A DNA stretch of 63,003 bases, the filler included. It is 6 parts of 6 records of this genome, joined end to end, with 100 filler letters (N's around TTAATTAATTAA, not from the genome) between each part and the next. Parts side by side here need not be neighbours in the genome. Positions count along the whole stretch, not along the records: positions 13,931 to 20,268 come from SRR9188677_174; positions 20,369 to 40,334 come from SRR9188677_176; 4 more parts are not named here. One strand, 5' to 3'. Made by a program: the position numbers and the translations under genes. Below, one piece after another: positions 17,787-26,861 of the stretch. The notes under the pieces were generated by a model. It searched no databases. It worked only from the letters and a program-made list of their open reading frames with translations, and was not told the origin of the DNA. Position 1 is the first letter of the stretch. Every line of letters begins with the position of its first letter.

Positions 17787-19610
17787 TCACTCCTCATACC
17801 ACCAGACATCCGGCTGCCAGCCCGGCCAGTCGCCATAGATCGGCAACCGCTCGGGGTGGCGCAGGCCCTTGGCATAGGCCAGCCGCGACACATCCGAATA
17901 CCAGATGGGTATGACATAGCGCCCCGTGGTCAAGACACGATCGAGTGCCTCGACATGCGCGTCGAACTCGGCAGGGTCCGCCGCCGCCAGCATCCCCGCG
18001 ATCAGCGCCTCGGCTGCGGGCGCGTTCATCCCCATCCAGTTGCGCGAGCCGGGTTCGGTCACACCCGCCGCACCCCAGTAAAGCGTCTGCTCGTTGCCCG
18101 GCGACAGCGACAACGACCGCACGTAATGGGTCATGTCGAAATCGTAATTGGTGGTCCGCTCCTTGTATTGCGCCGAATCGACCGTGGTCACCCGCGCGTC
18201 TATCCCCAGCCGCTTCAGCGCTTCGACATAGATGGTCGCGGCATTGATGATGTCGTCGGCCCCGTTGGTGAGCAGGATCTCGAAGCTGAATGCCTCGCCC
18301 GCCGCATTCTGCAACACGCCGTCCGTCACCGTCCATCCGGCCTCCTCGAGCAACTTGTTCGCCGTCCGCACATTCTTGCGGTTCGGCTCGGTCCCGTCCG
18401 AGGCGGGCAGGCTATATCCCTCCAGCGCACCGGGCAGCAGATCGGCCTTGAACGGCCCGAGCAACTCGGCCACGCGCCCCTCGGCAGGCGCACCCGCCTG
18501 CATTCCCAACGTCGAATTGCCGAAATAGCTGGTGATGCGCGGCGGAATGCCCCCGTTCAGCGTCTCGTTCACCAGTTCGAAGTTGAACGCATAGGTCAGC
18601 GCCTCGCGCACCCGCCAATCGGAGAACATCGGCTTGCGCGTGTTGAACACGAACCCCTCGATCCCCGACGGGCGCTGGTGCGGGATCACCTCCTTTATGA
18701 CCTTGCCTTCGGCCACCGCCGGAAAGGCGTAGTTCTGCTCCCACTTCACCGGATTGGTCTCGCGCCAGCTGGTGATATCGCCCGCCTTGAACGCCTCAAA
18801 CACCACTCCCGCATCGCCGAAATACTCGAACCGCACCTCGTCGAGGTTGTATAGCCCGCGGTTGAATGGCAGATCCTTGCCCCACCAGTCTGGATTGCGC
18901 TTGTAAGCGATCGATTTCCCCGGATCGACCGATGCGACCACATAAGGCCCCGACCCGATGATCGGATCGAGCGAGGACGCGGTGAAATCCTTGCCTTCCC
19001 ATTGCGCCTTCTTCAGCACCGGCCGCAGGCCCAGAATCAGCGGCAACTCCCGGTCGGCCGTGTTGAACGTGAACTTCACCGACCGCTCGCCCGTCACCTC
19101 GGTCTTGGCGATCTTCTTCCAGGCGGTCGCATAGCGCGGCTGCCCCAGCGTGCCGAGCGTCTCGAACGACCAGACCACATCCTCGACCGTCACGGGCGAT
19201 CCGTCAGAGAATCGGGCCGCCGGATTGAGCGTGAATTCCACCCAATTGCGCGCTTCATCGGTACGAATCGACTCGGCCAACAGCCCGTAAAGCGTGAAAG
19301 GCTCGTCAATAGACCGGCCCATCAAAGTCTCCACCGTATAGCCGGTGATCCCGCTCGGTGCGATTCCGTTCACGATGAAGGGGTTGAGCGAATCGAACCC
19401 GCCACTCTCGCCGAAGATAATCCTGCCGCCCTTCGGTGCGTCGGGGTTGGCATAGGGGAGCGACACAAAATCAGGGGGCAAAGCCGGTTCGCCATACATA
19501 GCTATGCCATGCCGGGGCGCCGCCTCCTCTGCCGATCCCACCGCGATAAAACCCCAAAGTGATACGGCTACCGCCGCCCCGCGCATCGCTTGAAAAACGA
19601 CCTGTCTCAT
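17787..19610 (-). CDS. ABC transporter substrate-binding protein, family 5 (YejA-like)
   Basis: HGIAMYGEP, YANPDAPKGG, FDSLNPF, GSGPY, FSDWRVREAL. Confidence 0.92.
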   Translation of the reverse strand: MRQVVFQAMRGAAVAVSLWGFIAVGSAEEAAPRHGIAMYGEPALPPDFVSLPYANPDAPKGGRIIFGESGGFDSLNPFIVNGIAPSGITGYTVETLMGRSIDEPFTLYGLLAESIRTDEARNWVEFTLNPAARFSDGSPVTVEDVVWSFETLGTLGQPRYATAWKKIAKTEVTGERSVKFTFNTADRELPLILGLRPVLKKAQWEGKDFTASSLDPIIGSGPYVVASVDPGKSIAYKRNPDWWGKDLPFNRGLYNLDEVRFEYFGDAGVVFEAFKAGDITSWRETNPVKWEQNYAFPAVAEGKVIKEVIPHQRPSGIEGFVFNTRKPMFSDWRVREALTYAFNFELVNETLNGGIPPRITSYFGNSTLGMQAGAPAEGRVAELLGPFKADLLPGALEGYSLPASDGTEPNRKNVRTANKLLEEAGWTVTDGVLQNAAGEAFSFEILLTNGADDIINAATIYVEALKRLGIDARVTTVDSAQYKERTTNYDFDMTHYVRSLSLSPGNEQTLYWGAAGVTEPGSRNWMGMNAPAAEALIAGMLAAADPAEFDAHVEALDRVLTTGRYVIPIWYSDVSRLAYAKGLRHPERLPIYGDWPGWQPDVWWYEE

Positions 19611-19687
19611 ACCGGCAACATTCCTCTGCGGCCTTTTTACGTTCCGGCAAGCCTAAGCGCCCGTTCCGGCAGTTTCAAACTTTTAAC

Positions 19688-19716
19688 TTGGCCACCGCGC
19701 TCGGTCGGCGTATATA
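19688..19716 (+). promoter_or_regulatory. Putative promoter
   Basis: TTGGCC-N17-TATATA directly before the sRNA candidate. Confidence 0.55.
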
Positions 19717-19721
19717 GAGGG

Positions 19722-19797
19722 CACTGCTCGATAGGTTTCTTGCCTGTATGAAACCTGCCTCAATAACTTAACGCCGGCCTCGTGCCGGCGTTTTTTT
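19722..19797 (+). ncRNA. Putative ~75-nt small RNA
   Basis: Promoter, AGGTTTC/GAAACCT hairpin, single-stranded linker, strong AACGCCGGC/GCCGGCGTT terminator with T7; AT-rich island in GC-rich DNA. Confidence 0.6.
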
Positions 19798-19936
19798 ATG
19801 CCCGAAGCGCAGCCATCCGGCCCGTATCTGCCGATTCACCGTGCAATCCGCATACCTCGCTTCCGGCCCTTGGCGCTGGATTTCGCGCCCGCAGCATGCC
19901 ATCCTCGCCGCAAAGCAGCATGACCCGAGGCCCGCC

Positions 19937-20268
19937 ATGTCCCTCTCCGGCAAGACCGCCATCATCACCGGCTCGAATTCCGGCATCGGCCTCGGCGTCG
20001 CCGAGGAACTGGCCCGCGCCGGAGCCGATGTCGTGCTCAACAGTTTCACCGACCGCCCGGAAGATCACGCGCTCGCCGCACGCATCGCCTCGAACTACGC
20101 CGTCAAGGCGCGCTACATCGCAGCCGACATGTCGAAAGGCGCCGACTGCCGCGCCCTGGTCGAGCGGGCAGGGGGCTGCGACATCCTCGTGAACAACGCG
20201 GGCATCCAGTTCGTGGCCCCGGTCGAGGCCTTCCCCACCGAGAAATGGGACCAGATCATCGCGATCAA
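19937..20268 (+). CDS. bdhA: 3-hydroxybutyrate dehydrogenase (SDR), truncated by contig end
   Basis: TGSNSGIG, NNAGIQFVAPVEAFP.EKWDQIIAIN. Confidence 0.85.
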
Positions 20269-20368
20269 NNNNNNNNNNNNNNNNNNNNNNNNNNNNNNNN
20301 NNNNNNNNNNNNTTAATTAATTAANNNNNNNNNNNNNNNNNNNNNNNNNNNNNNNNNNNNNNNNNNNN
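20269..20368. other. Artificial contig linker
   Basis: N-run with TTAATTAATTAA. Confidence 0.99.
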
Positions 20369-20383
20369 GACCAACACATTAAT

Positions 20384-20417
20384 AAAAGGCGGAAACCAAT
20401 AGTGGTTTCCGCCTTTT
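20384..20417 (-). terminator. Intrinsic terminator
   Basis: AAAAGGCGGAAACC ... GGTTTCCGCCTTTT. Confidence 0.8.
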
Positions 20418-21318
20418 ATTTTCTTTTACTTTGATACAAATGCACTGGAATTTTATTGTCGCTTTCTTCACTAATAGTATAAAAGCTTGAGCCATCGCTA
20501 CTAAAGCAAATGCCTTCTCCTTGCGGTTCGGCAGTGTAGGGCAACAAACTTGCGGCACGCTTCAAAGCTGAAGGAATACTTTCATTACTTTGTCGTCGCC
20601 AGTGAAAAACTTGCAGGTAATTTTTGATGAGTATTTCCTGATTATCCGAAGAAATATTTCCATCTGTAATATAAAATGCTTGATTTGTTCCTAATGAAAA
20701 TGATACTTCTTCTACAAATTCAGCGGTCATCGTTTGGGTAAACGACTGTGGATAAGCAAGTCTATAAAGTCGCTGATTTTTTTCTCGCTTACTCAAAATA
20801 TAAATATCCTTACTTTGCTGGTCAATCAACATACACTCTGCATCTTTCGCTCCGTCAGGATATTTAAAAGTAATTTTTTGAACATTACTTAGAGTATTCA
20901 TTGCTTGGGTACTTCCTGTAATTGTTGGTTCGGCTACACGATAAATGGCATAATCTTCATATTGAGCATTGTTATCACCAATTTCACCGATATATAAATA
21001 TGAACCTTCAGTAAAAGTAGCGATTGCGATTGCTTCCCAATCACGATTTGTAGCACCTTCTAAATTGAACTGAAATAAACCTTTTCCATTTTTATCAATC
21101 AAGAAAATCCTGTTTTCGTCACCGCTGTCGTTGTGGGTCCATAGATAATCTTTGTTTTTCTGACTAGCAATTAAACCCGAAGCTTCGTCGATTGCTTTAT
21201 TTTCGAGTAAACCAGCATCTGTTGGATTGTCGAAATTATCACTAACGCTTGGTGTCGGATTGGGCTTTTTTTCACAAGAAAACAAAGCCATTAAAAGTAG
21301 CATAAGAAGCTTTTTCAT
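20416..21318 (-). CDS. Beta-propeller-type lipoprotein, unknown function
   Basis: Lipobox LFSC; EASGL, WTHNDSG, DWEAI, GEIGDN, QGEGICF. Confidence 0.75.
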   Translation of the reverse strand: MKKLLMLLLMALFSCEKKPNPTPSVSDNFDNPTDAGLLENKAIDEASGLIASQKNKDYLWTHNDSGDENRIFLIDKNGKGLFQFNLEGATNRDWEAIAIATFTEGSYLYIGEIGDNNAQYEDYAIYRVAEPTITGSTQAMNTLSNVQKITFKYPDGAKDAECMLIDQQSKDIYILSKREKNQRLYRLAYPQSFTQTMTAEFVEEVSFSLGTNQAFYITDGNISSDNQEILIKNYLQVFHWRRQSNESIPSALKRAASLLPYTAEPQGEGICFSSDGSSFYTISEESDNKIPVHLYQSKRK

Positions 21319-21340
21319 ATTGAGATAGATGTTGAAAAGC

Positions 21341-22720
21341 CTACTCTGTTTCCTTTGGTGGCGTATTTAGATTTACTTCTTCTTCTACTTTGGGCGTTAC
21401 TTTTACTTTTTTGATTCTACGAGTATCAACAGAAGAAATTCTGAATTTATATTTTTCGTATTCAATTTCTTCGCCAGCATGTGGTAGTCTCGTGAAAAGT
21501 TCAATTAAAAGTCCTGCAAGCGATTCGCTGTCTTCTCTCGCTTTATCAAAATAGTCATTATCAAGTCCCAAAGCACGGCAAACATCATTTAAAGAAACTT
21601 TTCCTTCAAATTCGAAAGAACCATCGTTAAATTTCACATAACCTAAATCTTCTACATCCGATTCATCATGAATATCACCTACAATTTCTTCGATAATATC
21701 CTCCATCGTCACAATGCCTTCCGTTTCTCCATATTCATTGACTACGACTGCCATGTGTACTCTTTTCTCTTGAAAATCATAGAGTAAATCATCAATTTTT
21801 TTACTTTCTGGAATGAAAAAAGTTTGATGCAACAAATCTTGCCATTTAAAATGTTCGTCTTTTTCAAGATGAGGTAAAAGGTCTTTGATGTACAAAATAC
21901 CTTCTATTTTATCAATGGTTTCTTTGTAAACGGGTACTCTCGAATAGCCAGATTTATTGATTTTATCCATCAATTCATGGAAGTCGAAAGCAATATCAAA
22001 AGCTGTAATGTCTCTTCTTGAACGCATTACACTTTTTGCTGAAGTACTTCCAAAGTTTACAATTCCTTTTAAAATGTCTTTTTCTTGTTCTGATGTGTCT
22101 GTACCCGTGGTAATTTCTAGGGCATGATTTAGTTCGTCGGCAGTGATGGTATAGCCTTTTCTTTCTACTCTTTTTTCGATAACATTACTGATTCCTAATA
22201 AAAGTGAAGAAAGAGGTTGAAAAACGATGGTTGCAATTTCTAATAATGGAGCGGTGATTTTGGCAAAGCGAAGGTTGTTTTGTTGCGCCCATACTTTAGG
22301 GATGAGCTCTCCAAAAAATGTGATGATAAAAGTAACACCTACTAAAAGGACTAATGTAGCTACTAATCCTTCCTTTTGTTCCTCCCCAACTACCTGTTCG
22401 GTTACATAAGTTGAAATGGTAATAAAGGTAATGTTTACTAAATTGATAGAAATCAATAAAGTAGCAAGAAGTAACTGTGGTTTGTCTAGTAATTTAGAGA
22501 TTTTTCTTTCTGTTCCGCTGTCGCTATCACGGCAAGCAGCACGTTCTTCGGCAGATAATGAAAAGAATGCAACTTCAGAGCCAGCCAATAAAGCTGATAA
22601 AATTAATAAGCCCAATAGAATCAAGGCATTGATTCCATAAACGCTATAAGAAGAGGTGCTTTCAACTTGGGCTAAAAGCACCAAAATCGGGTGAGGTTCG
22701 TCGGATAATCGGGTTTCCAA
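21341..22720 (-). CDS. gldE: Gliding motility protein GldE (CNNM-CBS-CorC)
   Basis: GSEVAFFSL, FGELIPK, YSRVPVY, EDIIEEIVGDI; gldE-ssb-mutY synteny; TTG start. Confidence 0.88.
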   Translation of the reverse strand: METRLSDEPHPILVLLAQVESTSSYSVYGINALILLGLLILSALLAGSEVAFFSLSAEERAACRDSDSGTERKISKLLDKPQLLLATLLISINLVNITFITISTYVTEQVVGEEQKEGLVATLVLLVGVTFIITFFGELIPKVWAQQNNLRFAKITAPLLEIATIVFQPLSSLLLGISNVIEKRVERKGYTITADELNHALEITTGTDTSEQEKDILKGIVNFGSTSAKSVMRSRRDITAFDIAFDFHELMDKINKSGYSRVPVYKETIDKIEGILYIKDLLPHLEKDEHFKWQDLLHQTFFIPESKKIDDLLYDFQEKRVHMAVVVNEYGETEGIVTMEDIIEEIVGDIHDESDVEDLGYVKFNDGSFEFEGKVSLNDVCRALGLDNDYFDKAREDSESLAGLLIELFTRLPHAGEEIEYEKYKFRISSVDTRRIKKVKVTPKVEEEVNLNTPPKETE

Positions 22721-22852
22721 AATATAATGGGTTTTAGTTTCTAGTGATTAAATTGAAATGATTGGTAATTAAGCGTTTTCAGGCTATCTTTTTTGATAGT
22801 TTCGAATGAAAAATATTAATTACCAATCTCTAATCACCAAATAACTTATAAT

Positions 22853-23323
22853 TTAAAATGGTAAATCATCACTGTCGTCACTACCAGCATTATTATTGAA
22901 TTCAGGCGCTGGTGCTGCCGTTCTTACTGGTGCTGGACGTTGCTGTTGTGCTGGCATTGCTGAACCACTTTCTGCACCTCCTTCATTACTTGCTCTACCG
23001 CCAACTAAGGTCATTGAAGTACCTCTAATTTTAACTGTTTTTCTTACGATATTATCTTTATCAGTATATTCTTCAGTACGAATTTTGCCTTCTACATACA
23101 CTGAATCTCCTTTATGAAGATATTGTTCTGCGATGTTAGCCAAATTGTCCCAAAGTTCAATTCTATGCCATTCAGTTTGTTCTACTCTTTGTCCATCCTT
23201 GTTATTGTATGCCTCAGAGGTTGCAATGCTAAAAGTTGTCACTTTCGAGCCACTCGGTAGGGATCTTACTTCTGGATCAGAGCCCAATCTTCCTAAAAGA
23301 ATTACTTTGTTTACGCCAGCCAT
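22853..23323 (-). CDS. ssb: Single-stranded DNA-binding protein
   Basis: VNKVILLGRLGSDPE, TEWH, C-terminal DDLPF. Confidence 0.97.
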   Translation of the reverse strand: MAGVNKVILLGRLGSDPEVRSLPSGSKVTTFSIATSEAYNNKDGQRVEQTEWHRIELWDNLANIAEQYLHKGDSVYVEGKIRTEEYTDKDNIVRKTVKIRGTSMTLVGGRASNEGGAESGSAMPAQQQRPAPVRTAAPAPEFNNNAGSDDSDDLPF

Positions 23324-23459
23324 TTTTGTTTGTTTTTAAAAGTTTGAGAACCTATGTGAATTTAATGAAAAACTTACAACTTACCAATTTATACCAAGGT
23401 GCTAATACTATGATTTAGCTTTTACCAAGTAAAAAAAGTTCATTCTAAAAATCTATTTT

Positions 23460-24551
23460 TTATTCAAATACATACTCTTTTAAGTAATTATTTACCAAGG
23501 TTGATTTAGGTAAATCATCAACTTCATTGAGGTTGTACCATTCAAGTTCTTGTGGCAAATGTAAGAGAAAATGATTATCTACTTCTAAATGCCAAAATTT
23601 TGTTTGTATGCGCTGATGAGTAAGTATGTGAGTGTATATGCTTGATTCTCTTTTGATTAAGGAATTTTTTATTAATTCAGACAAGAAAGTGTCTTCCATA
23701 GCAAGATACGATAAATCTTGAATATTTTCCTCAATTTCTTTCAGATAAAAATCATACATTCCTTCCCAAACATCTCTTCCTAATCTTTTACGCATGGCAA
23801 AATTACCATTTTGTTCGATGATAAAGTAATTAAAAAAACGTTCTTTTACTTTTACTTTTTTAGTTTTTATGGGTAATAAGGATACTTGTCCAGTAGCATT
23901 CGCTACACATTCCATCGCCAGTGTACAGAACATACAATCGGGCGAAGCAGGAGTACAGTGCATCGCACCAAATTCCATAATGGCTTGGTTGTGCGTTGCT
24001 GAATCGCTTGCCGGTAATACACTTTCAGCCAATTGTGTAAATACTTTCTTGGCATCCTTGCCCGAAATATCGGTTGTTTCACCAAATACTCTTGACAGTA
24101 CTCTGTAAACATTTCCATCTAAAACAGCTACTTTTTCACCAAAAGCGAAAGAGGCAATCGCCGCAGCAGTATAAGTGCCGATTCCTTTTAATTTTAATAA
24201 TTCCGAATATTTTTCTGGAAATATGCCGTTATAATCTTCCACAACCATTTTGGCGGTTTTGTGCAAATTCCTTGCTCTGGAATAATAGCCCAAACCTTGC
24301 CAAAGCCTGAGTACTTCGTTTTCATCAGCATTGGCTAAATCTTGTACTGTAGGAAAGGCTTCCACAAACTTATAATAGTAAGGCATGCCTTGTGCAACCC
24401 TGGTTTGTTGAAGAATAATTTCGGATAACCAGATGTAATATGGATTCTGAGTGTTTCGCCAAGGTAAATCTCGTTTATTTTGAAGATACCAATTCGTAAT
24501 TTTTTTTGAGAAAAAATCGTTTTTCAAGGGATGAGTAGTTTGTTTGTTCAC
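23460..24551 (-). CDS. mutY: A/G-specific adenine glycosylase
   Basis: RDLPWR, SEIILQQTRV, GLGYYSRARNLH, LDGNVYRV, 4Fe-4S Cys cluster. Confidence 0.97.
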   Translation of the reverse strand: MNKQTTHPLKNDFFSKKITNWYLQNKRDLPWRNTQNPYYIWLSEIILQQTRVAQGMPYYYKFVEAFPTVQDLANADENEVLRLWQGLGYYSRARNLHKTAKMVVEDYNGIFPEKYSELLKLKGIGTYTAAAIASFAFGEKVAVLDGNVYRVLSRVFGETTDISGKDAKKVFTQLAESVLPASDSATHNQAIMEFGAMHCTPASPDCMFCTLAMECVANATGQVSLLPIKTKKVKVKERFFNYFIIEQNGNFAMRKRLGRDVWEGMYDFYLKEIEENIQDLSYLAMEDTFLSELIKNSLIKRESSIYTHILTHQRIQTKFWHLEVDNHFLLHLPQELEWYNLNEVDDLPKSTLVNNYLKEYVFE

Positions 24552-24876
24552 AAATAGAGATTTGTACTTAAAATGAGTGATTTTGTTGCTTTTTCAAGAA
24601 AATCACGTAAAAATTGATATTCGAGAACGGTTTTCAGTTTTGGCAAACGGTTCAAAATTAAGCAATTACGAAAAAAAAGTTCGGATAATATTTTTTTGTT
24701 TCTTTCATAATTCAAACCAAAGCCGTACCTTTGTGACCCTTAATAATCAAGGGGTTACGAAAGTAATGATTTCATCACTAAATTCAAGGTGAACTCTACC
24801 GTTATTTTCAATGCTGAAACGCAACCAATCATTATTTGTTTAACATATTTTTTATTAATCCTAAAATTTTCAAAAA

Positions 24877-25161
24877 GTGACTAAAGCAGACGTAATCGCA
24901 GAAATTTCAGACAAGACTGGTATCGACAAAGCAGATGTATCAAGTGCAATTGAGTCTTTCTTTTCGGTAGTTAAAGACAACCTTGCGAATGGTGAACCAA
25001 TTTATGTAAGAGGTTTCGGAAGTTTTGTAAACAAGAAAAGAGCACACAAAATCGCTCGTAATATCTCTAAGAATACTTCAATTGAGATTCCAGAACACTT
25101 TATTCCTAGTTTCAAACCTGCAAAAACTTTTGTAGAACAGGTTAAGTCAAACGCAAAATAG
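24877..25161 (+). CDS. HU family DNA-binding protein
   Basis: MTKADVI, RGFGSF, ARNI, PSFKP; TACCTTTG promoter element at ~24725. Confidence 0.95.
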   Translation: MTKADVIAEISDKTGIDKADVSSAIESFFSVVKDNLANGEPIYVRGFGSFVNKKRAHKIARNISKNTSIEIPEHFIPSFKPAKTFVEQVKSNAK

Positions 25162-25277
25162 ATTAAGTTTAGTTGTCTGTTCAAATTCTTTGTTATCCGT
25201 GGGTGGCGCTTTAACAGTGATTTGGGTTTAAAATTTACCTTAACAGATAAATTAATAGCTTAAAAAACTAAGAAATC

Positions 25278-26132
25278 ATGCAAAAGTCTTTTATCATTAT
25301 CATCGTAATTGCCTTCGGATTAGTTGGCGGTTTGTACAGTTTACCCAAAGTAGTTGTTAGCGATGAGAAAAGGACGTTAGAGCAATCTTCAAATGAAGCC
25401 CCTGCTACAGCTAATCGTGATAAAGCGACAGCATCGAAAACAGAAGAGAGTGCCGAAAGTCATGGAGCAACATTGAGTGTTGAACAGCAACGTGTGATTG
25501 CGCAATTGAAGGGGAGTTATTTGAATGGGAGTACTGCGAAAGTAAAAATGAAGGCAGCGGATGAATTAATCGCTAAATTTGTGGAATACACTCGCTTCGA
25601 CAGTGCTGCCTATTATGCCGAGGAAGTAGCCAAAATCGAACCCTCAGAAACGAATTTGATGAAAGCAGGTAATTTGTATTACGAAGCATTTACCTACTCG
25701 CTTCAAGCGGAAAAAACAACTGTGTTAGGGGAAAAGGCCAGAGAGATTTTTACGAAAGTTTTGGCGAAAAATCCTGAAAACTTGTTGGCAAAAACCAACA
25801 TGGCAATGACTTACGTTTCAACTTCTACGCCCATGCAGGGAATTACGATGTTGAGAGAAGTAATTGCAAAGGAACCAGATTATGAACCAGCTTTGTTCAG
25901 TTTAGGTATTTTATCGATTCGTTCAAATCAGTTTGGAAAAGCGGTTGATCGTTTCAAACAAATTTTAAAGAATAACCCGTCGAATTCAAAAGCGGCTTTG
26001 AATTTAGGATATTGTTTAGCTGAACTAGACAGAAAGGAAGAAGCCAAGGAAATTCTTGAAAAAGTACTGAATAATAGTACAGATTCACAAGAAAAAGCCG
26101 CAGCAAATGAAATTCTGTCAAAATTAAAGTAA
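25278..26132 (+). CDS. Tetratricopeptide repeat protein
   Basis: N-terminal TM anchor; TPR-like repeats (ALFSLGILS, AALNLGYCL). Confidence 0.82.
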   Translation: MQKSFIIIIVIAFGLVGGLYSLPKVVVSDEKRTLEQSSNEAPATANRDKATASKTEESAESHGATLSVEQQRVIAQLKGSYLNGSTAKVKMKAADELIAKFVEYTRFDSAAYYAEEVAKIEPSETNLMKAGNLYYEAFTYSLQAEKTTVLGEKAREIFTKVLAKNPENLLAKTNMAMTYVSTSTPMQGITMLREVIAKEPDYEPALFSLGILSIRSNQFGKAVDRFKQILKNNPSNSKAALNLGYCLAELDRKEEAKEILEKVLNNSTDSQEKAAANEILSKLK

Positions 26133-26225
26133 TATTGTATTTTAAATATTACTTTTCGAGCTTCTTTAGCATCAGAAATACAAAAAAATTAAACATATTT
26201 TTAACATTTAAATCCTTTTATAATC

Positions 26226-26315
26226 ATGCCTTGCGGAAAAAAAAGAAAGAGACATAAGATCTCAACGCACAAAAGAAAGAAGCGTCTTAGAAAAAGTAGA
26301 CATAAGAAGAAGTAG
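26226..26315 (+). CDS. Small basic protein; ribosomal bS22 / AURKAIP1-COX24-type
   Basis: Hand-translated MPCGKKRKRHKISTHKRKKRLRKSRHKKK (29 aa), below the ORF-track cutoff. Confidence 0.85.
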   Translation: MPCGKKRKRHKISTHKRKKRLRKSRHKKK

Positions 26316-26384
26316 TTAAGGCAATAAGGAATGGGCAAAGTAAATATTTATTACGACTCTTTTTTCCTTTCGCCTTGATACCCA

Positions 26385-26425
26385 AAAAACAGGCAGAATC
26401 TCCTTTATGGAGTTTGCCTGTTTTT
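26385..26425 (+). terminator. Intrinsic terminator
   Basis: AAAAACAGGCAGA ... TTTGCCTGTTTTT. Confidence 0.75.
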
Positions 26426-26861
26426 GTTGTTTTTGTGAGATTGTTTGCTTGAAAGAAAAGTTTAATTGCATAAAGGTTTCATTCTCAGTTTTTTATGTAA
26501 TTATTGGTCATGACATTTTGGGGATATGTATTGATTTTGAAGAAATTCACTGAGTATTAATACTCGATGTTTTAATTGTTAATAAATGAAATTTAACGAG
26601 ATTATTTATAAAATCATTTGCTTAACCAAGATATTCACCCACATTAAAGTCAACTTAAAAAAATTAAATTACAGACAGATTTCATTTAATAATTATCGTT
26701 TTTTAACGATGATTCCCCTAATAAAAAATCGATTTTTTCCTTTTTTTCTAGGCTCGCACATATCTGTAATTTTCTAATTTTTTAAAGACTTAACTCAAAA
26801 GCATACTCACTAACTACGACGTCCTTCATATCTCTTTCATTTCTAAATGCTTTAATCACCT

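Noticed and set aside
13932-20192. Many long overlapping alternative-frame ORFs (e.g. 14630-16144, 15351-16718, 17211-18854)
   Set aside because: Shadow ORFs of high-GC DNA; Arg/Pro/Gly-rich with no motifs, and they overlap well-supported genes.
26586-26777. 63-aa ORF upstream of RNase E/G (likewise 24577-24792)
   Set aside because: AT-rich intergenic or promoter DNA with no protein-like features.
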